A stretch of DNA of 37,054 bases, from the IMG/VR virus record IMGVR_UViG_3300033555_000014, positions 1 to 37,054 of that record. One strand, written 5' to 3'. Source of the stretch: a virus. Under the pieces are notes generated by a model. That model searched no databases. It was given only the letters and a program-made list of their open reading frames with translations, and was not told the DNA's origin. Below are positions 7,001 to 14,380 of the stretch, one piece after another (position 1 is the stretch's first letter; every line of letters starts with the position of its first letter). Both the position numbers and the translations under genes were made by a program.

Positions 7001-9407
7001 TCGTACAACGATTCGTGTGAATGTATACGCACGTGACACATTGAACCGCGTCTCAACACAGACAACTTCAACCTTCAGCAGCCAAGCACCACAGACTATT
7101 ACGAACCTTCAAGTTCGTGGTACTGGTGGAACTGTGTTCACAACTCTTGACCTCGATGTTGAATGGACTGCAAACACTGTTGGTGGCCAACCATGGAAGA
7201 ATGACCCGAACTTTGGTTACTTCAAGGTTGAGATTCTGAGTGGAACAACTGTTCGCCGTACTGACCAAGTGTACGACAACAACTATGTTTACACTTATGC
7301 TGACAACATCAAGGACAACGGGGCAGAAACACCGTTGACTTCCATCATTGTTCGCGTCAGTGTTGTAACCAAGGCTGGTCTTGCTGGGCCATCTGGTTCT
7401 GCGACATTCACACCTGCTGCACCCCCGCAACCAACTAATCTCCAACTTGTCGGTGGTGGAACCGCAATTTCAACTGAAGACATCAGTGTTGAATGGACCG
7501 CTCTGTCTAATGGCTCAGCATACCATACACTTGACCTGTTCAAGTTCTACAAAGTTGAAGTTCTTGTTGGCACCACTGTCATGCGCACTGTGAACGTAAC
7601 TGATGGTGCTCGCTACACCTACCGTTTCGATGACAATATGAAGGACAATGGTCTTGGAACTCCTTCAGGCAACATTACGATTCGTGTAACCACAGTAAGT
7701 AAGTTCGGTGTTTCAAGCGCTCCAACCAGCACACTATTCACGGTCAAAGTTCCACCAACCGTAACCAATCTGACAATGAAGGGTGGTGGGTCGACGTACG
7801 CAGGTGAAGACCTGGAAGTTGTCTGGGATTGTTTAGACGAGAACGGAAAGCAGTTCGAAACCTACACTGCGTTCAAACACTACCGTGTAATCGTTTACAA
7901 AGGTGCTGGAACTACACCTCTTCGTACAGAGCTGGTACGAGTGCGTAACTTTGTTTACAGTCTGGCAATGAACCAGATTGACAACGGCGGCACAGCTATG
8001 AACAACCCCACAATTGAGGTTGTTGGTGTTAACACATTTAATGTCATCGGTGCAGAAGCTCAAATCAACTTCTCCAACCCACCTCCGTCTGCACCAGTCA
8101 TCGACTGCGAAGCTGGTGTCGAGATGGTGTTTGTCGATGTTGTACCAAACACTGCTGACAAAGATGTAATCGGTATTGAAGTACATGTGTCACAAACCGC
8201 GGGGTTCACACCATCCGGTAATACTGCTGGTGTAGGCACTTGTGTTTACAAAGGTAACGGTACTAGCTACTCGTTCAAAGCAACGCCAGGCACCTACTAC
8301 GTTCGCGTGGCTTGCTACGACATGTTCAACACCACAGGTCTTAACTACTCTGCACAAGCCATTGTGGTTGTTGCCGCGCCAATTACGTCCACCGATTACG
8401 AATTCCTAGGCTTCACTTGGACACCTAACAGCCCTACAACTAATTCAATTGGTTGGACTTCTGGCACCGTTCAGAAACGTGCTGGTGCATCAGGTGTTGG
8501 TACAACTTGGAACGTAACTGCAGGTTCGGCTGCTTGGTCATCTGCGTCGCTATACATCTACTGGGATGCAAACGTAACACCTACGACTTTCAAGAGTACG
8601 ACTGACCTAGCCATTGCAACAGGTATTGACAAGCGCATAGTTGCTTTGTATAAAGGTGGAACACAGCTGTTCTCGACTGATGGTAACCGTTTGATTGATG
8701 CATCAACAACAATCATCCCTAACACCATCTCTGCACCATTGTTGGTGACAGGTGCAGCTGTAATTACTGGCACAGCACAGATTGCTGATTTGATTGTTAC
8801 CGACGCGAAACTTGCTAATCTGACTGTTACAGCTGCAAAAATTGCAAATGCCGCAATTACAAACGCGAAGATTGGTAATGCACAGATTGACACGCTGAAG
8901 TTGACAAATGGCGCGGTTAATGACATCAAAACTGTTGTTACCTACCCGTACAGCAACTATTACAACATTGGTTTTAACACCACGGACAACTACTCAGTAT
9001 ACAGTTCGCCTTGGGCTACACCAGCACCAGCGGGTCTGCCAGGACCATTTAAGCAAACTGTGCTTATTCAATTGTTGATGCCACGTGTTATTTTCTTCCA
9101 AACCATGTGCATCCATACAGTATTTGCTTATGTTGAGTTCTTTGATGGTGCTTCATGGTTCAGCGGCCCAGGGCTACGTGGTAACAAAACCGTGGTTAAC
9201 CCAGCAGCTACAAATGCAACATACACCTCTGGAAATGATGCAAATGAGTTCTACCAAATTACACATGACGCAACACCAGGAATGCAGTACCGTATTAGAT
9301 TTGACATTACGTTCCACCAAACTATGACATCCACACCGCCACCTTATACCACGTCGGCTCGCTTCGACCACACTAACACGGTCACTGCTATTACGCAGAT
9401 GAAATAA
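4068..9407 (+). CDS. J: Tail tip / host-specificity protein J homologue (1779 aa) with an N-terminal mini-Hint domain and expanded FN3-like repeats
   Basis: TAATG overlap with I. NPAWVIYDLLTHTRYGQGERFKESQLDKWSFYEAAKYCDELVNDGKGTGTFEPRFTFNAQL aligns with lambda J NMAWCLWDMLTHPRYGMGKRLGAADVDKWALYVIGQYCDQSVPDGFGGTEPRITCNAYL. Residues 14-176 carry intein blocks A, B, F and G. Confidence 0.9.
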   Translation: MEIKNENIVAAGGCFPAGTKINTPIGYRLIEDLKAGDEVFAFTLAPLEAGMPDEQPGRTFTKTITETFKHTFGEVGYTSPLLEITYHGIAEHGAIHDGLLLVTGNHYILTPSRQSAETDPGFARADELQVGDKLWTEYGDAVEIVAITPAGEYDFVYNFEVADFSTYIASGIRVHNGGSGKKQRTPVQAPNSVRTKQVIRALFCPGEGESGGLFNSTDIAQSVYFDGTPLKNSDGTYNFNNISVEQRVGLPDQSIINGFSAVEGEVLLGLPITAATPATRTVSSGAIDAVRITIEFPQGLQKIDKKTGDANGATVNFVIQRRVVNGTWETVISPIVTEMSSGPFTAAFHIARPASTGPWEFRVQRTTPDTTANEIIDDTVLDSYTEIQDVKLPYNNRSLVAITVGADSTNGKIPSVAFDWVGVKVKVPSNYNATTRVYTGAWNGTWSTTLVSSDNPAWVIYDLLTHTRYGQGERFKESQLDKWSFYEAAKYCDELVNDGKGTGTFEPRFTFNAQLMVRENAWKTLNTIAATMNAKLYMHAGFVRVAQDRPATPTRIIANSNALEGLFSYSSSSVDETYTMCNVTYNDPLDNFLPKTVSEVAATADLTRYGLSSVDLAAYGATTEGQARRAAKWVIDTSLRQTSMVNFGVSLENAAFEPNEIFYLMDSDYSQTTQEGRLANIAGTSLTLDKSINKTGTGTWTITVYAADGNTMETRTITSANGVSANITVNAAITSVKGAVYIITGSVSPRQFRMVGMTDNGDLTYTVTALQHDPNKYARIEQGIILPDDVYWQPPSLNSVNVPTGLVIEPQSAINEDGQVFRFLNLSWNPPADGTAQRYTVQWRRNLQPFTIETVKDPFARITSDFSGSYQFYINAVNSANVASPTLSGTYVFEFTGVGSPVSVLGPVSALQIAGGGTIWDGGIMRVQWLAPTEIAGATLKDYKVELQTPGGAVFKTFYTNDVGFAYTYEQNLADGGPRTTIRVNVYARDTLNRVSTQTTSTFSSQAPQTITNLQVRGTGGTVFTTLDLDVEWTANTVGGQPWKNDPNFGYFKVEILSGTTVRRTDQVYDNNYVYTYADNIKDNGAETPLTSIIVRVSVVTKAGLAGPSGSATFTPAAPPQPTNLQLVGGGTAISTEDISVEWTALSNGSAYHTLDLFKFYKVEVLVGTTVMRTVNVTDGARYTYRFDDNMKDNGLGTPSGNITIRVTTVSKFGVSSAPTSTLFTVKVPPTVTNLTMKGGGSTYAGEDLEVVWDCLDENGKQFETYTAFKHYRVIVYKGAGTTPLRTELVRVRNFVYSLAMNQIDNGGTAMNNPTIEVVGVNTFNVIGAEAQINFSNPPPSAPVIDCEAGVEMVFVDVVPNTADKDVIGIEVHVSQTAGFTPSGNTAGVGTCVYKGNGTSYSFKATPGTYYVRVACYDMFNTTGLNYSAQAIVVVAAPITSTDYEFLGFTWTPNSPTTNSIGWTSGTVQKRAGASGVGTTWNVTAGSAAWSSASLYIYWDANVTPTTFKSTTDLAIATGIDKRIVALYKGGTQLFSTDGNRLIDASTTIIPNTISAPLLVTGAAVITGTAQIADLIVTDAKLANLTVTAAKIANAAITNAKIGNAQIDTLKLTNGAVNDIKTVVTYPYSNYYNIGFNTTDNYSVYSSPWATPAPAGLPGPFKQTVLIQLLMPRVIFFQTMCIHTVFAYVEFFDGASWFSGPGLRGNKTVVNPAATNATYTSGNDANEFYQITHDATPGMQYRIRFDITFHQTMTSTPPPYTTSARFDHTNTVTAITQMK
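4107..4595 (+). other. Hint (intein / bacterial-intein-like) domain embedded in J, 163 aa, no endonuclease domain, +1 residue Gly
   Basis: Block A is CFPAGTKINTPIGYRLIEDLKAGDEV, block B (TxxH) is LLLVTGNHYILT, and blocks F/G are YDFVYNFEVADFSTYIASGIRVHN. The domain is followed by GGSGKKQRTP. Confidence 0.8.
6768..8085 (+). repeat. Four tandem ~110-aa FN3-like modules within J (units start near 6768, 7089, 7425 and 7751)
   Basis: A pattern recurs in each unit: P.T(I/V)TNLq(v/l).G(G)G...D(l/i).VeW............(F/Y)K(V/Y)E(I/V)l.GTTV.RT..V.d..YtY....N..DNG.......I.V. Confidence 0.75.
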
Positions 9408-9409
9408 AA

Positions 9410-9850
9410 ATGATTAATTACATCGTATTCATCACCGCAACAGGTGAAATTGTTACAAACATCTCAATGCTCGAGGAGGCTCTACTTGACACGGTCACTG
9501 CCAGCGTAACAGCTGGTCGTGATTACCTTGCTGTTGCAGGAAACAGGAACACACAATATGTCGTTACAGGTGTTGTAACAGCACGTCCTGCGTTGAGTGT
9601 TGTGGCTACTTGGTCAGCCACAACTATTGCTTCAGGAGTAACAGCCACACTTGGAACAACACTTCCAGTAGAAACAGTTGTTACAGTTGTTGCAAGCGGT
9701 GCAGTTCAATTGCTTGGAGGCCGAGGACACAGCGTTGTCTTTGTGAATGATGGTTCATTTGAGTTCTCATCGACTATTCCTGGCACATACACTGTTTCAG
9801 TGGAATGCTTCCCGTACCTTAACACCACTTACACAATCACGGTGACCTAA
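9410..9850 (+). CDS. Hypothetical tail-associated protein (146 aa)
   Basis: ATG lies 2 nt after the J stop, with a TAATG overlap onto the next gene. The composition is Thr/Val-rich and beta-type. I recognise no family motif. Confidence 0.6.
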   Translation: MINYIVFITATGEIVTNISMLEEALLDTVTASVTAGRDYLAVAGNRNTQYVVTGVVTARPALSVVATWSATTIASGVTATLGTTLPVETVVTVVASGAVQLLGGRGHSVVFVNDGSFEFSSTIPGTYTVSVECFPYLNTTYTITVT

Positions 9851-10626
9851 TGGCTTCTCTTAATCTAACACCAATTGCAGCTCCAGCAGTTACTGGTCTC
9901 TCAATCCAGACTGGTAACCATACAGCTAACTTGTTCTGGGATGAGCCAATTGACCCGGAAACAATGTTCGAGGTGTGGTCAAATACGACCAATGTCATCG
10001 GCACAGCCACAAAGCTAGCGTACACTGCATCCAACTCGTTCACACCAACTGGTTTGGTGGGTCAACGTTACTTCTGGGTCCGCTCGATGAACCGCTTCGG
10101 TGTGTTCGGTGTGTTCACAGCTTCTGTTGTGACCACTCTGCCAACTCTTACTGTTTCGCCGACTGCAGGTTCAGCTGTTGCTACACCTGTCATCCCAACG
10201 GTAGCGGTTTACAATACATGGTACTCAGTTGGAAGTATTGTTTGGACTGCAGCAGACACTGACATTATTACTTGTACTGGTTTCGTAACCACCGCGATTA
10301 CAAATGTCATGTCCGTGCTTACCGACCGCATTGTAGTCTTTGTCCGTTCACGGTTGTTCAATGTTACCACTGGTGCAGAGGTCTGGGCAGGTGTTCAAAC
10401 ACAACTCATCTACGACCGCCATGGAGCCACTGACTACGGTCCATTAAACAACGTAACATCTGAAAACGACACATTTATGGCTGGTTCTCCTGGTCTTCTT
10501 CGCCCTGGTACGCAATACCGTTGGACGATTGAAGTAAAAAAGCAGCAGGTCATAGGTACCCCAACACTGGATTTGACAGTTATTGATTCATCTTGCTTTG
10601 CAGACGCCGCAAGTGTGACCGCGTAA
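9850..10626 (+). CDS. Hypothetical tail protein with an N-terminal J-type FN3-like domain (258 aa)
   Basis: VTGLSIQTGNHTANLFWDEP...FEVWSNTTN...GQRYFWVRSMNRFGVFG resembles the FN3 module of J proteins (lambda: FEFWFSEKQ...YYFYIRSVNTVGKS). Confidence 0.6.
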   Translation: MASLNLTPIAAPAVTGLSIQTGNHTANLFWDEPIDPETMFEVWSNTTNVIGTATKLAYTASNSFTPTGLVGQRYFWVRSMNRFGVFGVFTASVVTTLPTLTVSPTAGSAVATPVIPTVAVYNTWYSVGSIVWTAADTDIITCTGFVTTAITNVMSVLTDRIVVFVRSRLFNVTTGAEVWAGVQTQLIYDRHGATDYGPLNNVTSENDTFMAGSPGLLRPGTQYRWTIEVKKQQVIGTPTLDLTVIDSSCFADAASVTA

Positions 10627-10661
10627 TCCAATATTCGCTAAATAGACACCAAGGAGCACAC

Positions 10662-11069
10662 ATGCCAATCACAACCGTAAACTTAGCAGCAGCAACACGA
10701 AATTTTGCCATTGAACAGGGAGCTTCTGTTGAACTCCCATTTGCTGGCACACAATCTGGTGCACCGCTGAATATGAATGGTTATACCTTGAACATGCAGG
10801 TACGCCGTACTTATGCCTCAACTGAAGTCCTCATCAACTGTACCGTTGCAAACGGCAGGTTAGTGTGGGTCAACCAGGCACAAGGCACCTTCAAACTTAT
10901 TTTGACACCTGATGCCACATCTGTACTTCGCTTTACAACAGAAGAACTTTCTACTGGTGCAATCGAAGCTGTTTATGACCTTGAAATCCAAAACCCTACA
11001 ACGGGTGGTGTGGTTTACAAAGGCGTCAAAGGTTCATTTACCATTTACCGCGAAATCACTCGCGTGTAA
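10662..11069 (+). CDS. Hypothetical small beta-sandwich-like virion protein (135 aa)
   Basis: ATG at 10662 is preceded by the SD aaggagcacacATG; the track ORF starts upstream at 10593 without an SD. The sequence ends ...AVYDLEIQNPTTGGVVYKGVKGSFTIYREITRV. Confidence 0.6.
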   Translation: MPITTVNLAAATRNFAIEQGASVELPFAGTQSGAPLNMNGYTLNMQVRRTYASTEVLINCTVANGRLVWVNQAQGTFKLILTPDATSVLRFTTEELSTGAIEAVYDLEIQNPTTGGVVYKGVKGSFTIYREITRV

Positions 11070-11102
11070 TACCGATTACTACTTCACTAAGGACCCACTA
11101 AA

Positions 11103-11510
11103 ATGCCGATTTCCTACTACGAAGCAAACAAAGTTCTTGACCACGAAAATGGCAAGACTGCGTACATCATGCCACAAGTTTTTGTGGGTCTGTCTTCGAC
11201 TACCCCAACGCAAGGTGCTCCAGTTACAACCGTGACTGAGCCAACCGGTGGCGCATACGCTCGTGTTGCTACGACTGGTGCTAGCTGGAACGCTGCTGCT
11301 ACTGGTGCAACGTCGAACGCTACTGCAATTACCTTCCCTACAGCCACCGCTGACTGGGCTGCTGGTGCCAACTTGACCCACTTCGTGTTCTACGATGCTG
11401 CTACCGTTGGAAACATCCTCGGTTACGCACCTCTGACTACCGCAAAGAATGCACTGAACGGAGACACTCTCTCCTTCGCTGCTGGCGCGGTTACTCGTAC
11501 CCTGGCTTAA
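11103..11510 (+). CDS. Hypothetical tail-fibre-associated protein (135 aa)
   Basis: An ORF of Ala/Thr/Gly-rich composition (VGLSSTTPTQGAPVTTVTEPTGGAYARV...ITFPTATADWAAGANLTHFVFYDAATVGNILGY). It is followed by a UUCG-loop hairpin. Confidence 0.55.
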   Translation: MPISYYEANKVLDHENGKTAYIMPQVFVGLSSTTPTQGAPVTTVTEPTGGAYARVATTGASWNAAATGATSNATAITFPTATADWAAGANLTHFVFYDAATVGNILGYAPLTTAKNALNGDTLSFAAGAVTRTLA

Positions 11511-11518
11511 TTTAGACT

Positions 11519-11547
11519 GGGCTGGCTTCGGCTAGCCCTTCTTGATT
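11519..11547 (+). terminator. Putative intrinsic terminator / module boundary
   Basis: gggctggc-ttcg-gctagccc forms an 8-bp stem with one G-T pair and a UUCG tetraloop. It is followed by ttcttgatt. Confidence 0.45.
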
Positions 11548-11769
11548 ATGAGCAACCCATGTCGGATTCCGCCTCCGCGCGGCCCACTCGTACCCCCTTT
11601 GTCTTGTCTTCGCCGACAATCTGGCAAAGGTGGAGGTGCGTCTGGAAACACGCGCCGTTATGTTGGTCTGGCAAGTATGCCCTCCAGCAACTACTACACG
11701 CCTCCTCCGCAACGAGTTGTCATACCAATTCCAGTGCCACCGCTTCCACAACCAAAGCCGAGACCTAAT

Positions 11770-11964
11770 ATGATTCAATACACACGCCTGATGAATGCTC
11801 TCAAGGCAGGACAAGAACTTCCAGTTCTGACTCTAACCGAGTACACAACACTAATCGAAGAGATTACCGCAATGACGACTCTCTCCGAATTCGACAAAAA
11901 AGAGATGCTCGAAAACGGGCGCTTCTACGGTCACGGCTTTGCTGTAGACTACAACAAGGAATAA
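11770..11964 (+). CDS. Small hypothetical protein (64 aa; alternative long form from 11542)
   Basis: The internal ATG at 11770 begins a normally composed segment: MIQYTRLMNALKAGQELPVLTLTEYTTLIEEITAMTTLSEFDKKEMLENGRFYGHGFAVDYNKE. The upstream 76 codons are GC- and Pro-rich, use cgg/cga/aga/ata codons, and are open in three frames. Confidence 0.45.
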   Translation: MIQYTRLMNALKAGQELPVLTLTEYTTLIEEITAMTTLSEFDKKEMLENGRFYGHGFAVDYNKE

Positions 11965-11967
11965 GAC

Positions 11968-13728
11968 ATGGCTGACAATGTAAATATTAAAGACTTCGCG
12001 GGACTGGTTGCAACAGTTCTTACTGACGAAGTTATTGGCTCGGCATTCGGCGCTGGACAAGTTCAAGTTTTTAAACAGATGGACGGCACTGCTGGTTCAA
12101 CAAACCTCGCAATTGTAAATGCTGCAGGTGCTGCGTTGTCTGCTACAGCGGATGGTGCAGGTGCGCTGATTAACTCGCTGACTGCCGGTGCAGGACAAAA
12201 CGGTCTGATGACTGCCATTGGTGCAACGAACTTCGTTTCAAGTGCTGGTAACTCAACTACCGCGCAGCTTCTTGGTGGTGCTACGTTCACAGGAACAATC
12301 GAGTCCATCTTCAACCAACAAGACATCTCCATCCTCCTGACCTCTGACCAGTCAGGCACATTGATTATGCGTCAATACATCGACTCAGGTGGAACCCGTG
12401 TGGCTTCTACTTGGACATTCTTTGTTGTTGCTGGTGTACCATACTCGAGGTCCTTCGTCGGAAACGGTAACTTCTTCAACTTGACGTTCCAAAATACTGC
12501 CGCGACTCTTTCCACCACGCTCAACATCAACACCGCTTATGGTACGTTGTCCTCTTCAACGAACCAAGGTAACCATCCTGTGTCGCTGGCTGAGAGCTCA
12601 GTTGCAAGCGTTGTTAACAGCTCTGTTACCAATCTAGCCGCTGCCGCTGTGTTTACTGGACCTGCTGAAGACATTTTGGAATATGCTGAAGTTCGCGTGT
12701 TCGCATATTCGAGTCATACATCTGCAGTTGACGGCCTGTCTTTGCAACAATCTGTTGACGGTACAACGTGGTTCCAAACTGACACGTGGACAATCGGTGC
12801 AACAACTGCCAAGACGTTTGGCGTTGGTGCGTCTGCAAGGTATTTCCGTGTGGTTTACACCAACGGTGCGACTGCAACTACCACTCTTCAACTGCAAACA
12901 ATCTTCCACAAGCACGCAACGAAGCCAACGGCTCAGCGTCCTTCAGATGGTTACACCAACGAATTTGACGGCGAACAACAAATCTCGTACCAGATGGTTT
13001 ACAACGGAACGACTTGGGACCGCCAACAAGGTTCTGCTGGTTCAATGAACGTTCGCCAACCAGATGCAACTGCTTCTGCCTCCCTTGCTGCAGCTGCCGC
13101 TACCGCTACTCTGGCTGTAAATGGTGCTTCTGGAACTGCAATTCAAATCACCGGAACTTTCGTTGCAACTCTTCAGTTTGAAGGTACTGTTGACGGCACC
13201 AACTGGGTCTCGCTGTTCTCGACGCCTAACGGTACTGCCACAACTGTAACCTCTGCAACTGCTGTAGGTGTGTGGCTTGGTAAATCAGGTGGTTTTAGCT
13301 CAATTCGCGTTCGTGCTTCAGCATACACCTCTGGTACTGCTGTTGTAACAATTCGCGCTGGTCAAGGCACTGGTAACATAACAGTTGATGCACCAGTTCG
13401 TCTCAACCAGACACGCGCTCTGTCCGACAGCCAAGGTACAACTTGTACTACGACTGCTGCGACCACCGTTCTGGCAGCTGGTGGTGTTGGTGTGTTCCAT
13501 GACCTGACCAACATTACCATCGCAAACGGTGCTGCGACTGCAACTGTTGCTACTCTGTCGGATGGAACCAAGACGTACCTGTACCCATTGGCTGCAGGTA
13601 TTGGTTCTGGTGTGGTGGTTTCCTTGCCAACACCACGCAAAGCAACTACCGCAAACGTAGCATGGACAGTCGCTCTGTCTGTGGCATCTACTGTTCAAGT
13701 ACACCTCGACTATGTAAAGAACTCATAA
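11968..13728 (+). CDS. Putative tail fibre / receptor-binding protein with three related beta-sandwich-like segments (586 aa)
   Basis: The composition is Ala/Gly/Thr/Ser-rich. A module recurs three times: GATFTGTIES...NFFNLTFQNTAATLSTTLNINTAY; AAVFTGPAED...ARYFRVVYTNGATATTTLQLQTIFH; GTAIQITGTF...SSIRVRASAYTSGTAVVTIRAG. Confidence 0.55.
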   Translation: MADNVNIKDFAGLVATVLTDEVIGSAFGAGQVQVFKQMDGTAGSTNLAIVNAAGAALSATADGAGALINSLTAGAGQNGLMTAIGATNFVSSAGNSTTAQLLGGATFTGTIESIFNQQDISILLTSDQSGTLIMRQYIDSGGTRVASTWTFFVVAGVPYSRSFVGNGNFFNLTFQNTAATLSTTLNINTAYGTLSSSTNQGNHPVSLAESSVASVVNSSVTNLAAAAVFTGPAEDILEYAEVRVFAYSSHTSAVDGLSLQQSVDGTTWFQTDTWTIGATTAKTFGVGASARYFRVVYTNGATATTTLQLQTIFHKHATKPTAQRPSDGYTNEFDGEQQISYQMVYNGTTWDRQQGSAGSMNVRQPDATASASLAAAAATATLAVNGASGTAIQITGTFVATLQFEGTVDGTNWVSLFSTPNGTATTVTSATAVGVWLGKSGGFSSIRVRASAYTSGTAVVTIRAGQGTGNITVDAPVRLNQTRALSDSQGTTCTTTAATTVLAAGGVGVFHDLTNITIANGAATATVATLSDGTKTYLYPLAAGIGSGVVVSLPTPRKATTANVAWTVALSVASTVQVHLDYVKNS

Positions 13729-13729
13729 T

Positions 13730-14380
13730 ATGGCAATCGGCGCTGTTACTCTAATGGTTTCAGGTGCAGATGTAGCGACAACAACGAATAACATCGTTAC
13801 AGCGTCGTTTACCTGCACTGCTGGCCGACTGTATTTGTTGATGTTGTCTGAAAGTACCACGTGCAGTGGTGTAACTGCTGGTCAGAACGCATCTACCAAC
13901 TGGGCTTACCAGAAGACACAGACGAACGGTACTGGTATTATTGTCGAAGTATTCGGTGGTATTTGCACGACTACAACAACTGCCACAATGACTATTTCTT
14001 GGGCTGGTGCAACAACAGCTTCGTATGCGGTCATTGAAGTTCAGCAACCTAAAGCTGCAAATACAATTGTTCAGAAGTTGTCTGCGGCTGCTGCGACCGT
14101 TACGATGGGTGCTCGTTCCCCAACTGGTGATGACCCTGCAATTTTTGTGTGTGCGCGTAACACCAACGCCATGTCACCTAAAACACTCTACGTAGCGACA
14201 GCCAACATTGGGGTCACCCATCGTTTGCTTTGTAGTTACAACAGCATCTTTGACACGGCTCCTTCATTTAGCGGAACACTTGCTGCCAGCGCAATCATCG
14301 GGCTTGAAGTTGGTTCTATTGCGCTGCCGGGAACTGCTACACCGGGTGGGTTGAAAATGACAGGGTATGGTGCACCATGA
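13730..14380 (+). CDS. Hypothetical protein (216 aa), fibre module
   Basis: ATG lies 1 nt after the fibre stop, with an ATGA overlap onto the next gene. I recognise no motif. Confidence 0.55.
   Translation: MAIGAVTLMVSGADVATTTNNIVTASFTCTAGRLYLLMLSESTTCSGVTAGQNASTNWAYQKTQTNGTGIIVEVFGGICTTTTTATMTISWAGATTASYAVIEVQQPKAANTIVQKLSAAAATVTMGARSPTGDDPAIFVCARNTNAMSPKTLYVATANIGVTHRLLCSYNSIFDTAPSFSGTLAASAIIGLEVGSIALPGTATPGGLKMTGYGAP

Noticed and set aside
6768-8085. A diversity-generating retroelement or template/variable repeat pair in the tail genes
   Set aside because: There is no reverse transcriptase ORF anywhere. The repeats are diverged in-frame protein modules, not a near-identical TR/VR pair with adenine-specific differences.
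11542-11769. The N-terminal 76 codons of the 140-aa ORF as real coding sequence
   Set aside because: Three frames are open simultaneously, rare codons are used, the sequence is low-complexity and Pro-rich, and it starts inside the T-rich tail of a terminator-like hairpin. I kept it only as an alternative.
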